DNA of 64,000 bases from Gemmatimonadales bacterium. Lineage in GTDB: Bacteria > Gemmatimonadota > Gemmatimonadetes > Gemmatimonadales > GWC2-71-9. The position numbers and the translations under genes are program-made. A model generated the notes under the pieces. It did not search any database and had not been told where the DNA came from. It saw nothing but the letters and a program-made list of their open reading frames with translations. Of this stretch, positions 57,512-64,000 are shown piece after piece. The stretch lies in NCBI GenBank assembly GCA_041615815.1, contig JBFJCP010000012.1:45533-109532 (forward strand), written 5' to 3'. The stretch's first letter is position 1; each line of letters opens with the position of its first letter.

Positions 57512-59311
57512 ATGCTGCCCCGGACTCCAGGCGCCCAGAGCCCGGCCCCTGCGCCCGAGACCTCCCCTAAGGGGAGGTCGCCGTCTTTGGCGGAGTGGAC
57601 ACGGCGCGCGCGGGTCCTGGCAGCCAAGGTCCCGCTCGACAGCCTCCGCACCCAGCTCCTGATCTTCGCCCTCCTGGCAACACTGATTCCCTCTCTGGCC
57701 ACGGCTGTTATTTCGTACACCCAGAACAAACGCGCGCTCACGGCCAAGATCACCGAAGAGCTTCGGGGGTCGAGTACTCAGGCAGCGCGGGAGCTGGACC
57801 TCTGGTTCCGACAGCGGGCCTATGATGCTCGGGTCTTTGCCAGCTCGTACGAAGTCACCGAAAACGTCGATCTGGTCCTCCGAGCCACTGGTGATTCGGC
57901 CTTCGTCGCGGCAGCGCGAGATCGGCTGACCAATTATCTGGCGGCGGTTTCAGACCGCTTTTCCGCCTATAACGAGCTCTTAGTGGTCGACCTCCGAGGT
58001 CAGATACTGGCCCGAAGCGGGAGTGCGACGGATCCAGTCGAGTTGCCACGGGAATGGCAAGCCGCGATGCGAGACGATCGCCCGGCCGCCGGCACGGCGG
58101 TGCCGGACATGACGCGGTCGGGTTCTATGGCGGTCCCTGTGGCCGTGCCGCTCCGAGCCCCTGATGCGCGCCTCTTGGGCGCCTTGGTCGTCCGGCTCTC
58201 CTTGCAGGACGCGGAAGAAATTCTCCACCAATTCACGGCCAGCGAAACCGGTGCGTTGTCCGTCCTCGACGGACACGGGAACGTGATCGTCACTACGGAC
58301 GCAGACCGCGTGAGGATCGGTCCGGCAGAGGCGCACCAGGAAGCGGTACACCGTGGTGTGGATGAGGTGGTCGAGTATCAGACCAGCGACGGCCGATCCC
58401 TCGTGGGCACGCTCCGCGCCGTGCCGCAGATCGAATGGGCCGTGCTGGCGGAGGTTCCGCGCCAGGTGGCATATGCGCCGGTGGCCCGGCTGCGCAACAT
58501 CACCGTTTTCGTCGTCGCCGCACTGCTTTTTGGCGTGGGTCTGCTCGCCTATCGGTTGGGCCTCCTCATCGTGCGCCCGCTGGACCGTCTCACGGAAGGT
58601 GCGGCTGGTGATGCGGGTGGTGACCTCAGCATCGACCTCCCCGTCACGGCCGGAGGCGAGGTGGGGTATCTGACAAGGGTGTTCAACGACATGGTAGCCG
58701 GCCTCCGTGGCAGCCGCGCGGAGCTGGACACCATCCACGATGCATTACGCGCCAAGAACGAGGAGCTGGAGCGGCTGTCGCTGACCGACGGGCTGACAGG
58801 TCTCACGAACCGCCGTCATCTCATGGAGATTCTCGAGCACGAAGCTCGCCGAACGCGACGCAGCAAGCATCCGTTTTCGCTGCTCGTCGTCGACGTGGAT
58901 CATTTCAAGCAGTTCAACGACACCTACGGCCATCTCGTCGGAGACCAGGTACTGCAGAAGGTTGCACACACCCTTCAAAACGCCACGCGCGATGTGGACA
59001 CGACAGCCCGATTCGGTGGCGAGGAGTTCGTCGTACTCCTCCCGGAGACCGATCTCCAAGGGGCGGTGCAAGCAGCGGAGCGAGTGCGCACGCGCCTCGC
59101 CGCCGAGAAGTTCAGCGTGGGCGAGGGTGACGCCTCGCTCACCGTGAGCATTGGCGTGGCGGAGTATCCTACCGACGGGGAAACACCCGAAGCGGTGATC
59201 GGGAGTGCCGACGCGGCGCTGTACCGGGCAAAGCGGGCGGGACGTAATCGCGTCGGGCGAGCAACGCGTCGAAAGAACAGGAAGGCGAGTGCGGGCAAGC
59301 GCGGCACGTAG
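57512..59311 (+). CDS. Diguanylate cyclase (Cache-HAMP-GGDEF)
   Basis: Two TM segments flanking a sensor domain, HAMP, DGLTGLTNRR, RDVD...GGEEF. Confidence 0.92.
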   Translation: MLPRTPGAQSPAPAPETSPKGRSPSLAEWTRRARVLAAKVPLDSLRTQLLIFALLATLIPSLATAVISYTQNKRALTAKITEELRGSSTQAARELDLWFRQRAYDARVFASSYEVTENVDLVLRATGDSAFVAAARDRLTNYLAAVSDRFSAYNELLVVDLRGQILARSGSATDPVELPREWQAAMRDDRPAAGTAVPDMTRSGSMAVPVAVPLRAPDARLLGALVVRLSLQDAEEILHQFTASETGALSVLDGHGNVIVTTDADRVRIGPAEAHQEAVHRGVDEVVEYQTSDGRSLVGTLRAVPQIEWAVLAEVPRQVAYAPVARLRNITVFVVAALLFGVGLLAYRLGLLIVRPLDRLTEGAAGDAGGDLSIDLPVTAGGEVGYLTRVFNDMVAGLRGSRAELDTIHDALRAKNEELERLSLTDGLTGLTNRRHLMEILEHEARRTRRSKHPFSLLVVDVDHFKQFNDTYGHLVGDQVLQKVAHTLQNATRDVDTTARFGGEEFVVLLPETDLQGAVQAAERVRTRLAAEKFSVGEGDASLTVSIGVAEYPTDGETPEAVIGSADAALYRAKRAGRNRVGRATRRKNRKASAGKRGT

Positions 59312-59326
59312 CCGCCGGTCGGGGCC

Positions 59327-60091
59327 TTACGGCGAGCGGTTCTCCACCAAGCTGTGAAACACCCAACCCTCCCGCCCTTCGGCGTCACGGATCCGTATCC
59401 AAGCATCCGTGTGCGAATATCCGGTGAGCGGCGTGCCCGGATCCGCCGTGAAGAGAATCGCGAAGTTGAGACCCGGCCCGGCCCGGACGTTACTGCGCGT
59501 CGCCGTGCGCAAACTCAGGGCCAGCGCAAATGGCGTCTCGCCCGGGCGTCGGGCCTGCGCGGTCTCCTCATTCACGCCAGCACCCCCTCGTGCCAGCGCC
59601 CTGGCCTGACTCGCCAGATACAATGACCCGCCATAATTCTGCCGATTGAACTCCGTGGTGCTCATCTCCAAGAGCTGCTCAGCTTGCGCGAGGGCGGGCC
59701 TCGCTGCGGCGTCGTCGGTGCGAATGCCATCCACGGCGATCTCGGCCTCCGCCATGGCGGACGCGGCTTCCGCACGGCTCGCCGTGGTCTGGAGCTTGGC
59801 CATCGTCCGCACCACTTCCTGAATCGCATCGTCGAGGCGCTGGCGTAGATCGGCCACCTGTGCGCTCCGCTCCAGCAACTGGAGCTGCATGTTCGCCACC
59901 CGGCGCTCGAGTTCAGGGTTGGGACCGGGGTCGGTCTGAACGGCCACAGTATCGACCACGATGACGGTATCGGGCGCCGGAGCGCTCGCGACGTCAGGTG
60001 ACTTCTGGGCGCAGGCACCGAGCAGCCCTACGGCTGCGAGAGACGCGAGCACGTTCTTCAAAGCCGGTACTTGGCATTGTGTTATGGCCAT
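59327..60091 (-). CDS. Lipoprotein with coiled coil and C-terminal bacterial SH3 domain
   Basis: LLGAC lipobox, NVRAGPG...WIRIR..GREGWV. Start uncertain. Confidence 0.78.
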   Translation of the reverse strand: MAITQCQVPALKNVLASLAAVGLLGACAQKSPDVASAPAPDTVIVVDTVAVQTDPGPNPELERRVANMQLQLLERSAQVADLRQRLDDAIQEVVRTMAKLQTTASRAEAASAMAEAEIAVDGIRTDDAAARPALAQAEQLLEMSTTEFNRQNYGGSLYLASQARALARGGAGVNEETAQARRPGETPFALALSLRTATRSNVRAGPGLNFAILFTADPGTPLTGYSHTDAWIRIRDAEGREGWVFHSLVENRSP

Positions 60092-60162
60092 TGAGCTCCG
60101 CTCTCGCGAGCACAAAGGGTATCCAGTGGAGCCTTCACGATCGTTTGCCGTGCAGCCACACC

Positions 60163-60396
60163 TCAATCCACGAAGGGAGATTTCCGGGGTTTCTCTCTCG
60201 GTGGCTCCGCGCCGTCCAGCAAACGTTGGAGTTCTTCGTTGCTCATCTCGAACGGATCCCGCTCGTATCCCGGCGACGCGACGACCCGGAGCCGCTCCGG
60301 GTTCCCCTCGACCGGTGCAAACTCCCATTCTCGCTTCGTCCGAGCGCGGATTTCCCATTTGCGCCCGTTGCGATCCACGAAGGTGCGGCCAGCCAC
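60163..60396 (-). CDS. Small hypothetical protein
   Basis: 77 aa; start overlaps the upstream stop; protein-like composition. Confidence 0.65.
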   Translation of the reverse strand: MAGRTFVDRNGRKWEIRARTKREWEFAPVEGNPERLRVVASPGYERDPFEMSNEELQRLLDGAEPPREKPRKSPFVD

Positions 60397-60812
60397 TACC
60401 TGGCCCCCAACACTCGAGTCGCCCGTCGATAGTCACGCGGTCTGACCCAGAGGATCATCCCGTAGCGGCCGGCTCCCGCCATCACCGCATCGGCAGCGAC
60501 CACATTGATCTTCGCCTCGGCCAGCTTGGCGAGATGCCGATGCACCGCTCCGGTCCGGTCTGTCCCGGTGACGAGGAATCCCTTCTTCGTCTTGCTCAGT
60601 CGCCATCCATGCTCTCGCGCTACCTGCTTCAGCTCGGTCATTTTCTCCGGGATGAAATCGAGCTGCGATCGTCCACCCCCGATCGGAAACCCGGAGAAGG
60701 CGAGCAGGTTGACGTCCGCGTCCCGGAGCTGTGCGAGCAACTTCACGCCCTGCCCCGCGCGATTGGACACTTTGGCATAGCAGTAATCGACCTTCCTCAC
60801 ACGATCGGCCAT
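60396..60812 (-). CDS. Tandem ACT-domain-like protein
   Basis: NRAGQG...VNLLA and DRTGAV...INVVA repeats; AGGAGG RBS. Confidence 0.8.
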   Translation of the reverse strand: MADRVRKVDYCYAKVSNRAGQGVKLLAQLRDADVNLLAFSGFPIGGGRSQLDFIPEKMTELKQVAREHGWRLSKTKKGFLVTGTDRTGAVHRHLAKLAEAKINVVAADAVMAGAGRYGMILWVRPRDYRRATRVLGAR

Positions 60813-60935
60813 GGCACACCTCCTGGATTTTTCCCGGACGGTCGGTCCGGGGGCGACGCGTCGTTAGCACGACGGATCATCGATGAAATCTGGGGTGCCG
60901 GAACGTCTGAGGCTAGCAATCTGACGGCGATGGCG

Positions 60936-62738
60936 CTACACCAGTGCCGGCTCGTCCACGAGATCTGAGTCGATCGGAACCTCCGGAAGGTCCTCCTGGT
61001 CGCCACGGTCCTTGAACACGTGGAGAATTCGTGCTCGTCCGATCTCTTCGTAATTCACGTCGGGATATCCCTCCTCGCGAAAGGGGTGCTCCATGGTGAA
61101 TTCGTGGATCACGACCCGAACTCCAGGTAGCGAGTCGAAGTGTCGCTCCTCAGCACGCGTGCCTCCAAAGAGATCGTAGACGTCGAAGAGAGCGCGGAAT
61201 ACCAATTCGACTTTTCGAAACGGAACGCCATCCTCTACGAAGATGAGATCGATTTCCAGCGCTCGGAGGACACGGTGGAGCTGATGCCTGGCAGCCCGCG
61301 GGATCACGCGATGATACGGTGGTCCCACGAACCAGGAATCATCCTCGTCCGTGTCGCGACTGAGATGGGTGATGAACCAAAAATGCGGTGCGACCCAATA
61401 GCCGTGGCCCTTCTCGAAGCGCCGACCGGACGCAAAATCGAAGAGCTGGCGGAGGCCCCGTCGCGCCTGTCGCCGACGCTCCACTTCGTCGAGACGGCGA
61501 ATGGCCTCGTGTAGGTCGGGATGAGCGAGATCGCGCGGATGGACATGCAGCGGGCCCCGCATCGCAGTTTCGAGCCGGTGCTCATCACCGAGCCTGGCAG
61601 CATCGGGGTCGAGGACCAGGAGCACACCGTCCGGTGTGCGGCCAACTCCATCGGCCCATTGTACGTCGAAACCCGCTCGTAGGAGTGCGTGGAGACCGCG
61701 CTGGTCGACGTCCTGACCTCCCTGCATCAAGACTCGCACGGGGAACGGGACCGCCGGATCCCGGAATCGCTGCAGAAAACTCCGGATCGGGAAGAGCCAC
61801 GCCCACGCACCGTAGCCCGCCGCACCGCTCCATGCCACGGCCCCACCGAGCACAGTCGTGATGGGCATGATGGATGGATCGTTCGCGCCCACGCGATCCC
61901 CCACGGCCACAAGCGCGAGGGTGAGCACTCCCCCGCCGACCACGGCGGTCGACCAGGCCAGGAGTCCGGTCCACGGCGTCACTCGAGGATCGCCGCCCGT
62001 TCGAGCCTGCCAGAGCGCCAGCAGTCGTGGCGCACCGGGTATGCCGAGCAGCACGAGCGTGACGACGAGCATCAGGACGATGGCCACGAGCGGAACCCAC
62101 ACTGGGAGGAGCAGTCCACCGATCAGCATCAAGCCGTAGAAGCCGAGCACCACAACCACTTCGATCGCGACGCGATTGTGCAGGCGAAATCGCGGAGAGT
62201 TGATCATCCAGTTGTGCAGACTCATGCCGGCAAAGGCGATCATGAAGAGGGCGGTTGTTGCGAGGGCCGCCCACAGCAGGGTCAGCATGACGACATAGAG
62301 CGTTCCTGACACCACAAGGGCTGCGTGCCGGAGACCGGTGGGGAACCAGAACCGGAAGGCCGTCACACTCGCGAGGGCGAGGAGCAAGCCTGCCATGCTC
62401 GTCACGAGGATGTGGGGGAATCCCCGCGGCAGGGGGGGCTCTTCGCGGAGGTCCACACCCATCCGCACGCTATGCCGCACCACGATATCCCGCACCCATG
62501 CCCCGCGGTGGATGAGCCGGTCCACGAGCGACAACCGCCACTGGCGATGGACCAAGACGGTGATGGTTCCGAGCGACAGCAACACCGCCACTCCGAGCGC
62601 GTCGTACAAGTCCGACGGCGAACGTCGAGAGAGGATCTCGAAGCCGACGATGGCCGCGATCCACCCGAGTCCCAGTAGGTGGGTCGGACGGCCGAGAAAT
62701 CGGCGCAGGGCGCGACGAACAGAGGCGGTACGAAGCAA
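60936..62738 (-). CDS. Hypothetical membrane protein with a soluble C-terminal domain
   Basis: 600-aa ORF, about 8 TM segments, then a hydrophilic domain. Confidence 0.7.
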   Translation of the reverse strand: MLRTASVRRALRRFLGRPTHLLGLGWIAAIVGFEILSRRSPSDLYDALGVAVLLSLGTITVLVHRQWRLSLVDRLIHRGAWVRDIVVRHSVRMGVDLREEPPLPRGFPHILVTSMAGLLLALASVTAFRFWFPTGLRHAALVVSGTLYVVMLTLLWAALATTALFMIAFAGMSLHNWMINSPRFRLHNRVAIEVVVVLGFYGLMLIGGLLLPVWVPLVAIVLMLVVTLVLLGIPGAPRLLALWQARTGGDPRVTPWTGLLAWSTAVVGGGVLTLALVAVGDRVGANDPSIMPITTVLGGAVAWSGAAGYGAWAWLFPIRSFLQRFRDPAVPFPVRVLMQGGQDVDQRGLHALLRAGFDVQWADGVGRTPDGVLLVLDPDAARLGDEHRLETAMRGPLHVHPRDLAHPDLHEAIRRLDEVERRRQARRGLRQLFDFASGRRFEKGHGYWVAPHFWFITHLSRDTDEDDSWFVGPPYHRVIPRAARHQLHRVLRALEIDLIFVEDGVPFRKVELVFRALFDVYDLFGGTRAEERHFDSLPGVRVVIHEFTMEHPFREEGYPDVNYEEIGRARILHVFKDRGDQEDLPEVPIDSDLVDEPALV

Positions 62739-62887
62739 CGATCAATCCGTACGTAGGTTCAAAAGGTCGGGTCGGGATCGGTGAAAGGTCAGTCGCCCAA
62801 AGCTGGCCGTCCACCCCCGTGCAAGAACGAAGGGGCTCCACCGTGGGGGATCGAAGGTTTCGGACCGCTTCTTGGGAGGAGCCGCCG

Positions 62888-63154
62888 CTACGTCCACGGT
62901 CCGACGATGATCAACACGACGGCGCCAACGGCGAATGCCAAAAGAGAGGCCTGGCGGAACTGGCGCACGTAGAACGTGGGAATGAATCCGAGCCGACCCT
63001 CCGAGGAACCGTCCGAGAACATCTCGAACTCAGCAAGTCTTCCTCTTGCGGTAACCAGGATACACCACACCATGGCCCACAATGGTGCCCCCAAGAGCAC
63101 CAGGCGCCAGTCACCGCTGATGCCGAGCAGCAGGCCTACCACGACGGTCATCAT
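62888..63154 (-). CDS. Small membrane protein
   Basis: GGAG RBS; hydrophobic segments. Confidence 0.45.
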   Translation of the reverse strand: MMTVVVGLLLGISGDWRLVLLGAPLWAMVWCILVTARGRLAEFEMFSDGSSEGRLGFIPTFYVRQFRQASLLAFAVGAVVLIIVGPWT

Positions 63155-63244
63155 AGCTCCAAGGTGCTCGATACTCCCGCCTCGGTTCGAGGCCGGAAGT
63201 CACAGGAAAAGCGTGGGATATGGAGAGTAGAGCGCGGAAATCGC

Positions 63245-63694
63245 CTAAATATCGCGGTTCGCGAGCAGCCAGGTCTCGGCGGGATCGATCTCCCGGAACA
63301 CCGCCAGCTTGGTGGGAAGGCTCTCCGCCATCAGCTCGAACATCCGCGCCAGGCCATAGTCAATGAGATTGGCAACGACCACCGCCGTGCGTCCCGCCCC
63401 CCGATCCATCTTCCGCGCCGAAACGAACAGGCGGAAGCGGCGCAGATCACCGGCGGAGAGCCCGGCAACCGTCCCCGCCCGAAGGTCCCACAGCACCGGC
63501 ATGCCGGCCCGGAAATCCACATGGGCGAGCAGCTCGACGAACGCGCTCTCGAGGTCCTCCACGCGAAGGTCACCAGCGAGTTGGAGGCGCATGAATCCGG
63601 ACTCGCGATCGAACGCCACTTGCTGGCGTTCCATCGGGCGCGCGAGACGGGAAGCCGCACCGTCCAGAATGGGTTCGGGCAATGCACCTGGCAC
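63245..63694 (-). CDS. SpoIIAA/STAS-like hypothetical protein
   Basis: LWDLR, RTAVVV...YGLARMFE, VFREIDPAETWL pattern. Confidence 0.7.
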   Translation of the reverse strand: MPGALPEPILDGAASRLARPMERQQVAFDRESGFMRLQLAGDLRVEDLESAFVELLAHVDFRAGMPVLWDLRAGTVAGLSAGDLRRFRLFVSARKMDRGAGRTAVVVANLIDYGLARMFELMAESLPTKLAVFREIDPAETWLLANRDI

Positions 63695-63888
63695 GCCACC
63701 TCATGGTGCAGGAGTGATACCAGCGCGGCAGAAGAACCTAACACTCAGAAACACAACAGCTTCCCGCCGCGACACGCCGGTGGTCGGGAATCTGTCAACA
63801 CCGCAGAACGCAAAAACTTGGGCAGCCGGGAGCGGACTGACCGCCTCGCCGAGGGGGGCGCTAGCGAGGAACCGCCATGCACGGGGTC

Positions 63889-63904
63889 TGTGATCCAGAT
63901 CACA
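63889..63904. promoter_or_regulatory. CRP-family binding site (identical to 54196-54211)
   Basis: TGTGATCCAGATCACA; a weaker copy TGTGATGCATTATACA lies at 63912-63927. Confidence 0.7.
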
Positions 63905-64000
63905 ATCTGGATGTGATGCATTATACAAACAGTCAGTGACCGATGGGCGGGCTGCTGCAACACTTCGCCAGTCACATGTCTCACGATTACCACAATTTCA

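Noticed and set aside
62819..63916. 365-aa plus-strand ORF
   Set aside because: Antisense to the better-supported SpoIIAA-like gene; no motifs.

Overview
GC-rich bacterial chromosomal window. The gene content (DUF5916, choice-of-anchor B and TIGR02999-type ECF proteins) is compatible with Gemmatimonadota or a similar lineage; this is inference only. It holds about 55 CDSs: housekeeping genes (ATP-dependent DNA ligase, partial; leuB; thrC; rhodanese), a Liv-type ABC transporter with an acyl-CoA ligase, four GGDEF(/EAL) proteins, a LytS/LytTR pair, and many exported or membrane proteins. No rRNA, tRNA, CRISPR array or transposase was recognised. The standout is a compact mercury-responsive operon at about 26145-29076: MerR operator, merR, GDCCVxC protein, an unknown Cys-bearing membrane protein, merB, merT, then an exported thioredoxin-like protein, then a terminator. 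In that last gene an in-frame UGA forms a U-G-G-C (UxxC) motif and is followed by a bacterial SECIS-like hairpin. It is therefore a predicted selenoprotein sitting where merP normally lies, in an operon with no merA or merP. The ORF track splits this gene into two pieces.
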